A stretch of 64,000 bases of DNA. It comes from an uncultured Planctomycetota bacterium. Lineage in GTDB: Bacteria > Planctomycetota > PLA2 > JAEUHO01. The DNA lies in the NCBI GenBank assembly GCA_963752285.1, contig CAVVXN010000004.1:128001-192000 (forward strand). Direction: 5' to 3'. The notes beneath the pieces are model-generated. The model ran no database searches and was not told the origin of the DNA. It worked only from the letters and a program-made list of their open reading frames with translations. Positions 46,785 to 56,092 of this stretch are shown piece after piece (the first letter of the stretch is position 1; each line of letters opens with the position of its first letter). The translations under genes and the position numbers were made by a program.

Positions 46785-47516
46785 ATGGGTGACACGGCGG
46801 CGACGCGGGGTCGGATCCTCGTCATCGACGACGAGGAGTCGATTCGTCACGCGCTGGCCCGGGCGCTCCAGCGCGCGGGATTCCAGGTCTCCGAGGCCGC
46901 GACCGGTCGCGAAGGCGTGGACCGCTTCGGCGCCGGGGGTATCGACGCGGTCGTCTGCGACCTCCGGCTCCCCGACCTGGGCGGCCTCGACCTCGTCGCG
47001 ATCTTCACCGAGATGCGACCCGAGGTGCCCGTGCTCGTGATGACGGGCTACGGCTCGCTCGGGAGCGCGCTCGAGGCGATGCGCCGCGGCGCGAAGGACT
47101 ACCTCCAGAAGCCGTTCCCGATGGAGGAGGTGGTGCGCCTCCTCGAGCGCGCTCTCGCCGAGCAGCGACTGCAACGCGAGAACCGCCACCTCCGTGCGCT
47201 CGTCGAGCGGAAGTTCTCGCCCGAGGACTTCGAGCGCGTCGAGCAGGAGCTCAAGTCGCTCGAGCCCGAGCCGGAGGCGAGGGGCGATGTCGCGCGCTCG
47301 ACCGACGGGAGTCCGCCGCCCCTCGAGGAGGCGCGCCGCTCGTTCGAGGTCCACTACGTGGAGGACCTCCTCGCGCGCACCGGCGGGAACGTCGCGGCCG
47401 CGGCGCGACTGGCCGGCATCTCGCGCCCGAACTTCCACAAGAAGCTGAGGACCCTCGGCATCGACGCGTCGCGGTTCAAGGAAGCCGCGCGCCGCGGGCG
47501 GACGGGGAGCCTCTGA
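46785..47516 (+). CDS. Response regulator, REC + Fis-type HTH, no AAA+ domain
   Basis: IDDE, CDLRLP, MTGY, KP; C-terminal GGNVAAAARLAGISRPNFHKKL. Confidence 0.9.
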   Translation: MGDTAATRGRILVIDDEESIRHALARALQRAGFQVSEAATGREGVDRFGAGGIDAVVCDLRLPDLGGLDLVAIFTEMRPEVPVLVMTGYGSLGSALEAMRRGAKDYLQKPFPMEEVVRLLERALAEQRLQRENRHLRALVERKFSPEDFERVEQELKSLEPEPEARGDVARSTDGSPPPLEEARRSFEVHYVEDLLARTGGNVAAAARLAGISRPNFHKKLRTLGIDASRFKEAARRGRTGSL

Positions 47517-47594
47517 GGACCCCGCCGTGGCCCGCGCGTCCCTCTGGCCGTCGTGGCGTTCGTGTTGCCGCCGAGATCCCCGAAAGGAGCGCTG

Positions 47595-48656
47595 GTGAGA
47601 GCCGTCGTCCTCCCCCTCGTGATCCTCGCCGTCGCCGCGGTCGTCGCGTGGGTGTTCTGGCCCGAGCCCGCGCCCGACGTCGTCCTCTACTGCGGCGTGG
47701 ACCAGGACCAGAGCCGCGGCATCACGGACGAGTACGAGAAGAAGACCGGGCAGGAGGTCAAGTTCGTCCCCGAGAACGAGCGCAACCGCTCCATCGGATT
47801 GCCGCAGCAGCTCCTGCAGGAGCGTTCGCACCCGCGCGCGGACGTGTACTGGTCGAACGAGAACATGCACATCGTGGACCTCGGCCTGCGGGGCCTCCTC
47901 GCGCCGCTCCCGCCGGGTCTCGCGGAGCGCTTCCCGCCCGAGTGGCGTGACCCGAAGGGCCTCTACGTGGCGTTCGGCGCGCGGGCGCGCGTGCTGCTCG
48001 TCAACACGAAGCTCCTGCCCGACCCGAAGGACCGGCCCACCTCCGTGGACGACCTTCTGAACCCCAAGTACAAGGCGATGGGCTTCCAGACCGCGATGGC
48101 CGAGCCGTTCGTCGGCACGACCTTCACGCACGCCGTCGTGATCCTGACGCGCGACGAGGCGAAGGGGAAGGCCTTCTTCGAGGGCGTGGTCGCGGCGATG
48201 GACGACGGCTTGCTGCGTCTGACGCCCGGCAACGGCGAGGCCATGCAGCTCGCCCGTGACAGCGAGAAGAAGGTCGCGTTCTGCCTGACCGACACCGACG
48301 ACGCCTGGGGCGCGGTGCAGCAGGGCTTCCCCGTCGAGATCGTCTATCCCGACCAGGGCGAGGGGCAGGTGGGCACGGTCGTCATGGCGAACACGGCCGC
48401 CCTGGTCCGGGGCGGTCCGAACCCCGAGAACGCGGCCCGGCTTCTCGAGCACATCGCGAGCCCCGGGGTGGAGCTCGAGCTCGCGAACGGCCCGAGCGCG
48501 CAGATGCCCCTGCGGACCGAGAACCAGGATGTGAAGCTTCCCGAGCACGTGAAGCGGCCGGGGAAGGACTTCCGCATGGCGAAGGTGGACTGGGCCCAGG
48601 TCGGCGCGAACCGGGACCGCTGGACCGACTGGCTGAACCACGTCTTCCGGAAGTAG
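47595..48656 (+). CDS. ABC-type extracellular solute-binding protein (Fe3+/thiamine-like family)
   Basis: AAAGGAG RBS, TM anchor, ADVYWSNE, RARVLLVN, LTDTDDA, YPDQ, NTAALV. Confidence 0.85.
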   Translation: MRAVVLPLVILAVAAVVAWVFWPEPAPDVVLYCGVDQDQSRGITDEYEKKTGQEVKFVPENERNRSIGLPQQLLQERSHPRADVYWSNENMHIVDLGLRGLLAPLPPGLAERFPPEWRDPKGLYVAFGARARVLLVNTKLLPDPKDRPTSVDDLLNPKYKAMGFQTAMAEPFVGTTFTHAVVILTRDEAKGKAFFEGVVAAMDDGLLRLTPGNGEAMQLARDSEKKVAFCLTDTDDAWGAVQQGFPVEIVYPDQGEGQVGTVVMANTAALVRGGPNPENAARLLEHIASPGVELELANGPSAQMPLRTENQDVKLPEHVKRPGKDFRMAKVDWAQVGANRDRWTDWLNHVFRK

Positions 48657-48677
48657 GACGCGTCCCCGCGCCCGGGC

Positions 48678-49592
48678 TCATCCGAGGTCCCCGTCGAGCT
48701 TCTCCAGCGCGTCCTGGCACCAGGATCGCGTGTCCTCGTCGTCGATCCGACCCAGGCAGGTCGAAGCCTCCTCGCGGGCGCGCCTCGCCGCGCCGTGGTC
48801 CCCACGCGCGTGCGCGACCCGGGCTCGCGCCTCGTGACAGAAGAAGGCGTCGCTCGGACCGCCGTCGTTCGCCCGGCAGATGGAGAGCGCGTTCTCCGCG
48901 TGGCGCTCGGCGTCGTCGATTCGGCCCAGCGCGAGCATCGTCATCGCGAGGCGGTACTCCGCGATCTTCACGTTCTCCCAGTTCCCCGCGACCTCCCAGT
49001 ACGTGCGGGCCATCTTCGCCGCGCGCTCGAGGAGGCGGTCCTCGTCGGGGGTCCGGTCGCCCTTCTCCTCGAGCGTGCAGGCGAGGTTGTTGCCGGTGAT
49101 CGCGAGAACCCGTGCGGCGGGATCGCCCTTCCCGGGACCGTAGGCCGCGAGGGCCTCGCACTCGGAGACGAGGCCCGCGCAACGGTCGAGTGCGCCCTGC
49201 TGTGCGAGCGCCTGCGCCGCGAGCCCGAGCACGCGGATGCGGCTCGACGCCTCGCTCCCCTGGATCCCGCGCTGGAGCAGCGGCTCCCAGTCGCCGCCTG
49301 CGCAGAGCTCCAGGATCGCGGCGTAGCGCCAGAGCGACCGGTCCGCGTCGCTCCCGGCTTCGACGCGGGGCCGGAGGCTCTCGACGAGGCCTCGTCCCGC
49401 GGCCCAGTCGCCGAGGTGGTCGCCCGCGACGTGGGTCCCGAGCGCCGCGAGCTGGAGCACGTCGCCCGGACCCTCCGTGCGCGACACCGCGTCCACGACC
49501 CGGGCGAAGACGCCCTTCGGGTCGTCCGCGTGCTCGGCCCAGCCCTTCCCGGCCAGGTCCGCGATCGTGGAAGTGGTCGTGTCCGGCGCCAT
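48678..49592 (-). CDS. Hypothetical all-helical (TPR-like) protein
   Basis: GAGGAGG RBS; helical repeats (GNNLACTLEE, AEYRLAMTMLALG). Confidence 0.72.
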   Translation of the reverse strand: MAPDTTTSTIADLAGKGWAEHADDPKGVFARVVDAVSRTEGPGDVLQLAALGTHVAGDHLGDWAAGRGLVESLRPRVEAGSDADRSLWRYAAILELCAGGDWEPLLQRGIQGSEASSRIRVLGLAAQALAQQGALDRCAGLVSECEALAAYGPGKGDPAARVLAITGNNLACTLEEKGDRTPDEDRLLERAAKMARTYWEVAGNWENVKIAEYRLAMTMLALGRIDDAERHAENALSICRANDGGPSDAFFCHEARARVAHARGDHGAARRAREEASTCLGRIDDEDTRSWCQDALEKLDGDLG

Positions 49593-49675
49593 GCCTCCTC
49601 CTCTCCCGCTGGGTCTTCCGAGGGACGGGGGCCGCCACTCGAAAGGAATCGCACCGTACGGGGCCGTCGGCGTTC

Positions 49676-49704
49676 TTGACAAGGCCGATGTCCGCCTCGA
49701 CCCT
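49676..49704 (+). promoter_or_regulatory. Probable tRNA promoter
   Basis: TTGACA-N17-GACCCT about 55 nt upstream of the tRNA. Confidence 0.5.
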
Positions 49705-49759
49705 CCGTCGCAGCGCCGACCCGGGCCCCAGGCCCCCCGCGGCACCCGAGATCTAGCCC

Positions 49760-49837
49760 GCCCCTATCGTCCAGCCTGGTCCAGGACACCGGCCTTTCAA
49801 GCCGGAAACACGGGTTCAAATCCCGTTGGGGGTACCA
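49760..49837 (+). tRNA. tRNA-Glu (anticodon UUC)
   Basis: Acceptor GCCCCTA/TGGGGGT, anticodon arm CCGGC-CT TTC AA-GCCGG, T-arm ACGGG-TTCAAAT-CCCGT, encoded CCA. Confidence 0.96.
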
Positions 49838-50017
49838 CCCCTCCCGTGGACTACCGGCTCGGGGAGTCGGTCCCGAGGGGTCGTCCCTGTCGCCCGTTGA
49901 CGCTGGCGACACGGGCTCGCGCGGCGTCCATCGCCTTGCACTCCGCTCCGTGCGCGCCTCGTAGGTGTTTGGGCCCCATCCGGGGAGCCGGCCCCGGGCG
50001 CCGCCACTGGTCCCGGC

Positions 50018-50413
50018 TTAGGACGCCTTGAACCGGAGCGTCAGCACGCGCTGCTTGCCCGCGTCGTCGTAGTAGGACTCGAGTTCCATGTTGCGCGCGC
50101 GGGAGATGGCATCGGCGATGTGCTGCGCGTGCTTCTCGGTTTCCGTCTCGACCCAGAGACCGTCCTTGTCGCTCCCCATGTCCAGGACGCGCGAGTGCTC
50201 GTCGCGCTCGTGCTCGGTGACGTTCTTCACGATGTTCCGGATCTCCGCCTCGTGATCCGGTTCGAGCGTCGCGAGGATTTGAACCAGGCCGTTGGCGATT
50301 CCGTCCGTAGCGCCGTGCTTCCGCTGGCGGTTCTTGCGCTCGAGCCGTTCCTCGGCGTCGTTCAGGTGCGACCGAGCGTTCGGTGCGTTGCCCGGCTGGT
50401 ACGGCTGGCTCAT
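50018..50413 (-). CDS. BCAM0308-like (NMD3-related) small protein
   Basis: EIRNIVKN..EHERDEH..RVL..GLWVETETEKHAQHIADAISRA..LESYY resembles the BCAM0308 C-terminal domain as recalled from memory. Confidence 0.6.
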   Translation of the reverse strand: MSQPYQPGNAPNARSHLNDAEERLERKNRQRKHGATDGIANGLVQILATLEPDHEAEIRNIVKNVTEHERDEHSRVLDMGSDKDGLWVETETEKHAQHIADAISRARNMELESYYDDAGKQRVLTLRFKAS

Positions 50414-50912
50414 TTGCGTCGCTCCACGGGTGACATCTGTCCATGGACGTTACAGCGGCTCCGGGGGTACAAAGCGAGAGCACCCGTTCTGGCGGCACGC
50501 ATCGAGAGCCAAGTCCGCAGCAACCAGCCCCGGGGGAAGACAGGCCCCGGCGTCCCGCGCGGGGTCGAGCGCGGCTGAGCGACGGCGCTCCCGCGTGCCG
50601 CTGCGCGGTGGACGCGCGCCGCGTGAGCCTCGCTCGACTATTTCGAGCCGCACGCCCGGGCCCCGGCATCTAAGGGGTGGCCGCCCCACTCTGGCCGCGG
50701 ACGCCCCCGAGGGGTCGGGCGGGAAGGACCTGTCGCACGTCGCCCATGCCGCGGTGGCCGGTCGTGGGGGGACGATGCTGAACGAGGTCGAGCGCATGTC
50801 TGGTCGTACCGGCGTGGCGGCGAGTCTTCGTCATGGATTTGACGTCGCGGTTGCTTCGTCCTGAACGCCGCGCCGCGCGTCGCCGGTGCTGGCCAATCCG
50901 ACAGGAGACCCG

Positions 50913-51278
50913 ATGCACATCCAACTCAATACCGACGTCCACATCGACGGAACCGAAGCGCTGGCCGCGCATGTGGGGACCACGATCAAGCAGGTGCTGA
51001 AGCGCTTCAGTGAGCACATCACCCGGGTGGAGGTTCATCTCCGAGACGAGAACGGGGAAAGGAGCGGGCAGCAAGACCAGCGCTGCATGCTGGAGGCTCG
51101 TCTCGAAGGCCGGCCGCCCGTGGCGGTGACGGACCACGCCGCGACGCTGGAGCAGGCGGTGGACGGCGCTGCGCACAAGCTGGCGCGCCGGTTGGAGAGC
51201 ATGCTGGGAAGGCTGCACGACCATCGCGAGAGAGCTTCCGAGCCGCGCTTGCCGGGGACGGAACGCGCAGGGTGCTGA
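50913..51278 (+). CDS. HPF/RaiA family ribosome-associated protein
   Basis: MHIQLNTD, RFSEHITRVEVHLRDENG, RCMLEARLEG, AVDGAAHKL; AGGAG RBS. Confidence 0.9.
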   Translation: MHIQLNTDVHIDGTEALAAHVGTTIKQVLKRFSEHITRVEVHLRDENGERSGQQDQRCMLEARLEGRPPVAVTDHAATLEQAVDGAAHKLARRLESMLGRLHDHRERASEPRLPGTERAGC

Positions 51279-51639
51279 CACGGCCACGAGCGCGTTGCGT
51301 CGCCAGATCGGCTGGGTGACACGGCGACGCCCGGTCCGGCCCGACGATTTCGAGACTCGCGAACCGCCCACAAAAGGGCGCAGGACGCGCGCTCGGCGCG
51401 GCGCGGGAGGCACGGCCTGGCGGAGGTCGTGCGGGGCCCAGGAGATCTCCCGTGGCGGCGCGCGACCGGTGTTCCGGCAAGGACGGTGCGGTACCATGCC
51501 AGTGGTGCGCCGACATGAGACCCACCAAGACCGTCCGCCGGGCCGCGAGCGCCCCGAGCTCGCCCGCGTCTCCCTTCACCAGCCGCCGGGGCGGGAGGAC
51601 TTGCTTGCACCCGCACAGGCGTGAACCGGCGGTGGACTT

Positions 51640-52050
51640 TCTCTCGCATAGGCTCGCGATGCGGGCGCCGATTGGAGCCGCGGGTCGATGAATTCCGGTC
51701 AGGGGGTATTGCGGACGCCAGCACATGGAGACGTTCGTCTACGGCAATCGGCGCGCGAGCGACGAGGTCGGTGCGAACGAATTGGGTCGCGTAAGACGAA
51801 CGATCCATGAACTCCTTCGTCCCGCTCGCCACCGGGGGGAGGAAGCGCATCGGGATCGGATGCAGATCCGCGCGCGCAGTGGGCTGGTGCGATCGCGGAC
51901 GAGGTGGGTGAACGCGCTCCGCGGTTGGGTCCAGCCGCGCGGGGTGCGTGTGAAGAAGCACGCCGCGAAGAACGTGGGAGCGGGATCCCTGCATCCCCCT
52001 GGTCCTGCCCCCCCCCCCGCGCGCGGGGTCAGCCAGGAGATCGAGCGCTA
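51640..52050 (+). pseudogene. Degenerate IS110-family transposase fragment
   Basis: YGNRRASDEVGANELGR..LLRPARHRGEEAHRDRMQIRARSGLVRSRTRWVNALRGWV resembles IS110 K.D..DA..LAR...RAR..LV..RT..N..RG. The catalytic DxxD is eroded and the C-terminal half is missing. Boundaries approximate. Confidence 0.68.
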
Positions 52051-52138
52051 CCAAGCGTGGGGCCGCGGTGGTCGCGGGAGGGTGAAGACCGAAGGTGCGG
52101 GCGACGCCGGTCCCGCAGGGCGCCGCGCGGAGGGCGAC

Positions 52139-53539
52139 ATGAGCGTACGCGGAATCGGTACGGGCGGTTGGCGGAGAGCCGTTCGCACGGCGATGGGAGC
52201 CGGCATCGGCGTGCTGCTCGCCTCTTCACCGGCTCGTGCGGAGGAGCCCGTCGTCCTCGTGGTGGGGCCCGTCCACCTCGAAGTGCACGTCTCGCGGACC
52301 GCGCACCTCTTCCACGTCGTGGATCAGCTCTCGGGCTGGAGCCCGTTCTGTCACGCGCAGTACCGCCGGGCCTTCGAGGCCGACGAAGGCCTGTCCGCGG
52401 ACGACCTCGCCGCGCTCGCCCGGCACGCCGCCCTTCGGAAGCGCAAGGGCTGGGGCCAGGGGCTGGAGCAGACCTTCTACACGCCGCTCCCGCTCGCGCA
52501 GGCGCTCGCCGCGGGCGTACGGGCCGGTCGCCTCACCGCCGCCGAGGCGGAGGCGGAGGGGGAGGTCCTGTCCCACTTCGGGCCGCGCGTGGACGCGTTC
52601 ACGAGCCGGCGGCGGTCGTCCGTCCTCGCGTTTTGCGACCGCGTGGTCGCGTGGCGCGAGCGCCTGACCGCCGACTTCACGCCGCTGGCGCGACTCTGTG
52701 CCGTGCGCGATCTCGAGGTGCCGATCTACCTCATCGCGAACCCCGTCGGGTCGGCGCTCGGCGGCGGCTACAACGGCGGCCGCGTGGCCTTGGAGGTGGG
52801 GGAAACGGAGGACACGTACGCGACGCTCCTCCACGAGCTCTTCCACGCCCTCCTCGCGCCGCGTCACGAGGCCCTCGAGGAGGCCGCCCGGGGCGCCCCG
52901 AGCCTCGACGCGGAGACCGTGGGCGAGGGGCTCTGCTACGCGCTGGCCCCGGGCCTCGTGCACGACGGACCCGATCGTCTCGCTCGCGTGGCGAGCCGGG
53001 ACCTCGCGGCCGGACGACGGTTGTGGGACGCCTACGTTCGGTTCAACCGACTCGGGCTCTGTGTGCGCCCCATGCTCAGGGAGGCGCTCCAATCCGAGGA
53101 CGCGACGCTCGACGGGCTGCTCTCGCGCGTCGTAGACGCGTGGGTCGCGCTCCTGGAGCTCGAGAGCGCGAAGCCGACCGCGTACGTGCTCGGCCCCGCC
53201 TGGAGGGCCGCGACGACGCGGCTGCGCGACGAGCTCCACGTGGACGTCTTCTCCTTCCACCACGACGCCGGCGCCTACGAGAAGTCCCTCTTCTACCCAC
53301 GGGGTGGCGTGGTCGTGCTGCTCTTCGCCGCGGACAGCCCCGATCGCGACGTCCCCGAGAACGTCCGGGACCTCCTCCCGATCCCCTGGGCCCAATTGCT
53401 GGAGGATCTCCAGCGCGGCGGGACGCTGGAGAAGGAAGGGCACGCGCGCGGCCGCCGGGTGGTGATGCTCCTGGCGCCCACGACGGCGGCGCTCGGCGAG
53501 CTCGTCGGGAAGACGGCGCTGCTCGCGCGTGCGGACTGA
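52139..53539 (+). CDS. Exported hypothetical protein with HExxH (zincin-like) motif
   Basis: Signal peptide ending PARA-EE; LLHELFH with a downstream Glu (VGEGL). Confidence 0.7.
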   Translation: MSVRGIGTGGWRRAVRTAMGAGIGVLLASSPARAEEPVVLVVGPVHLEVHVSRTAHLFHVVDQLSGWSPFCHAQYRRAFEADEGLSADDLAALARHAALRKRKGWGQGLEQTFYTPLPLAQALAAGVRAGRLTAAEAEAEGEVLSHFGPRVDAFTSRRRSSVLAFCDRVVAWRERLTADFTPLARLCAVRDLEVPIYLIANPVGSALGGGYNGGRVALEVGETEDTYATLLHELFHALLAPRHEALEEAARGAPSLDAETVGEGLCYALAPGLVHDGPDRLARVASRDLAAGRRLWDAYVRFNRLGLCVRPMLREALQSEDATLDGLLSRVVDAWVALLELESAKPTAYVLGPAWRAATTRLRDELHVDVFSFHHDAGAYEKSLFYPRGGVVVLLFAADSPDRDVPENVRDLLPIPWAQLLEDLQRGGTLEKEGHARGRRVVMLLAPTTAALGELVGKTALLARAD

Positions 53540-53584
53540 CGCCCCGGAGCCCGATCGGGCAGGCGAGATCCACGGCGCCGGCGC

Positions 53585-55918
53585 TCAGCGCGTGCCCGCG
53601 GGGCCGTCGTCGTCGAAGACCAGACGGATCACGCGCGTCTCGCCCGGACCAAGGACGATCGGGCCGGGGTCGCGGAGGGCGAGGCCCGGCGAGCCGGGCA
53701 CGTCCGCTTCGACGTGGTAGGCGCCCGCGGGGACGCCGTGGAGCAGGAGTCCCTCTTCGTCGAACCCGTCCGGCTGTAGGGGGCCGCTCTCCTCGCCCCG
53801 GAGCTCGAGCGCAACCTCTTCCGGCGCGAGCGGGCTCGGCGCGACGATCACGACGCGAAGGGTCGCGGAGCGAGAGAGCGCCAGCCGGACGTCGTGACGC
53901 CGCTCTCCCGCCTCGATCTCGACGGTCGTCGTGGCCCGAACGAAACCCGGGGCCGATACGGCCAGCTCGTACGTCCCGGGCCGCACCCCGCCGACGACGA
54001 CGGCGGCTCCGGTCTCGTCCGGTGCGGTCTCGCGGACGAGGGCGGGTCCCATCGACACCGTGAGCCCGCGCGCGGGGAGGACGTGGCCCTCGGCGTCGCG
54101 CGCCTGCACGTGCAGGTCGCACGTCGGCTCCGGTCGCTTCGTGTCCGACACGCCCGAGGGCTCTGCCTCTCGGCTCTCGGGCGCCCCGATCGAGAGGACG
54201 CTGCCGGCGAATCGGGGGACGACCCGCGTCCACGCCAGCGATCGGCCGCCATAGCAGCGGTGAGAGCGGCGCCAGCGCCTCGCGATCACGTGGACGGGAC
54301 CCGGCGGGACCTGCCGGAGCTCGAAGCGCCCCGCGGCGTCCGTCGTGGTCCGGTCGAGGAGCTTTTGGGCCGGCTCGCGGGGGACCGCGGTCTCGGGCCC
54401 CGCGCCGGCCGCGCCCGCGGGCCGCGGGTCGTCGGAAGCGCGGAGGAAGGGCGGAAGATCCTCGTCGTCCTCCGCGAGGTCGTCGGGATTCCAGGCCGCG
54501 TCGTAGACGGTTACCTCCACGCCCTCGCTCCCCCGTCCGTCGTCGCCGTGCACCTCGCCGCGGATCGTCCGCGCGGGCCCGAGGACGAGCGTGATCGGGC
54601 CCGTCTCGTTCGGGCGGCACCACGTCGCCGCGCGCGAGTACCCGGGGAGGTCGGCGGAGAGCCGAAACGGCGGGCTCTCCCACGCGCGGATGGCGAAGCG
54701 GCCCTCCGAGTCGGTGAACGCACCCTGACCCTGGATCCCAGCGCCGCGCGCAGGCCGTCCGCCCGGGAGCAGCACGACGCCACGGACGTCCGGGCAGAAG
54801 ACCGGAAGCGGGGCCGGCTCCGGGTCGCCGGACGGATCGACGAGGCCGATCCCGAAGCGTTGGACTTCTCCTTCGGCGAGCGCGTCGCAACTCTCGGTCC
54901 GGGGTCGGTACGGGGGCAGCGAGACCCGGAGCTCGAGGCCACCGTAGGCCCGGTCCGTCGGTGCGCGCTCGATCCGGAAGCGTCCGTCGGGACCGGAGGC
55001 GCCCGAGGCGAACACCTCGTCCTCGAAGGGATCGGCGCCGTCGAAAGACGCGTAGCGCGTACCGCGGGCGACGACGAGTCGAGCTCCCGATCGCGGCTCC
55101 CCCGTCTCCCCGTCGTAGACGCCGCCGACCAGGGTGGCGCCGGCGCCCATCTCGACGTCCACGTCTCGTCCGTCGCCGGGACCGGCGAGGACCTCCCGGG
55201 GCGCGAAGCCCGCCGCCCGCACGACGAACGTGCCGACGCCGTCCACCGGCAGGCCCTCGAGGCGCCAGCCGCCCGCGCCGTCGGTCCTCGTCTCGACCTC
55301 GAGGGTCGCGAGGCGCGACGCGAGCTCGTAGCAAACCGTCGCGTCGGCGATCGGCTGGCCCGCCGCGTCGTGCACGCGACCCTGGAAGGTCACCCCAGGA
55401 CCGAGGGGCACGTCTACGAGGTGCCCTGGGAGGAGATCGGGGATCGTCGCCTCGCCGCGCGCGCCGGCGTAGACGAGGAGCCGGAACGACGACGCCGCCG
55501 GTGGCGCCGAGACGTCGAGGGTGCCGTCGGATCGCGTGAGAAGGCCCAAGACCTCGGGCCGGAGCTCGGGCGGAGGCCCCGCGAGGGACGGGGCGATGGC
55601 GACGCGCGCGGCCGCGACCGGACGTCCCCCCGCGTCGATCACGCGGATGCGGACCCGCTCCGGGGGCACGGCGCACGTCGCGCCCTTCGGCGGCACGCAT
55701 CCGCGAAGGCGCGGTTCGTCGTCGGGGCCCGCGCGCGGCCTGTGGGAAAGGACCCGGACCGGCGTCCGCGCGGTCCCGACCCCGTCGCGCCCCGAGGGCC
55801 CATGGCCGCGCGACGCCTCCACCGCGTCGTAGCCCACGGTCATCGTCGCGAAAGCCGCGCCGGTGAGGAGCGCCGCGACCGCCACCGCGCCCAGGCCGCT
55901 CCTCCGCCGCGTCGCCAT
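53585..55918 (-). CDS. Exported protein with carboxypeptidase-regulatory-like (CarboxypepD_reg) repeats
   Basis: N-terminal TM; repeated G.V.D..G.P...A.V and TD..GRF units. Confidence 0.8.
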   Translation of the reverse strand: MATRRRSGLGAVAVAALLTGAAFATMTVGYDAVEASRGHGPSGRDGVGTARTPVRVLSHRPRAGPDDEPRLRGCVPPKGATCAVPPERVRIRVIDAGGRPVAAARVAIAPSLAGPPPELRPEVLGLLTRSDGTLDVSAPPAASSFRLLVYAGARGEATIPDLLPGHLVDVPLGPGVTFQGRVHDAAGQPIADATVCYELASRLATLEVETRTDGAGGWRLEGLPVDGVGTFVVRAAGFAPREVLAGPGDGRDVDVEMGAGATLVGGVYDGETGEPRSGARLVVARGTRYASFDGADPFEDEVFASGASGPDGRFRIERAPTDRAYGGLELRVSLPPYRPRTESCDALAEGEVQRFGIGLVDPSGDPEPAPLPVFCPDVRGVVLLPGGRPARGAGIQGQGAFTDSEGRFAIRAWESPPFRLSADLPGYSRAATWCRPNETGPITLVLGPARTIRGEVHGDDGRGSEGVEVTVYDAAWNPDDLAEDDEDLPPFLRASDDPRPAGAAGAGPETAVPREPAQKLLDRTTTDAAGRFELRQVPPGPVHVIARRWRRSHRCYGGRSLAWTRVVPRFAGSVLSIGAPESREAEPSGVSDTKRPEPTCDLHVQARDAEGHVLPARGLTVSMGPALVRETAPDETGAAVVVGGVRPGTYELAVSAPGFVRATTTVEIEAGERRHDVRLALSRSATLRVVIVAPSPLAPEEVALELRGEESGPLQPDGFDEEGLLLHGVPAGAYHVEADVPGSPGLALRDPGPIVLGPGETRVIRLVFDDDGPAGTR

Positions 55919-56092
55919 GGCGTACCGGTCGCAATCGACGTGCCTCGGGCCGCGGCCCCAAGTAGGCGCTCCTCCGTTCCCGCGACGCCGCGCACGTGGC
56001 GAGTCGGTGACGACGAGGGCCCCACGGCGGGGGTTCGAGGTCCCGCGCGGCGGTAGCATCTCGGACCGCGCTGCCGGGCGGGAGGAGGAGCG

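Noticed and set aside
50720..50864. Possible 3' remnant of a gene upstream of HPF
   Set aside because: Too short, and no family could be recognised with confidence.
51725..53539. 604-aa transposase-peptidase fusion protein
   Set aside because: The IS110 part is eroded, and the downstream protein has its own ATG (52139) and signal peptide. The in-frame join is probably chance.
49760..56000. Prophage or integrative element at tRNA-Glu
   Set aside because: No integrase, phage genes or att duplication seen in the window.
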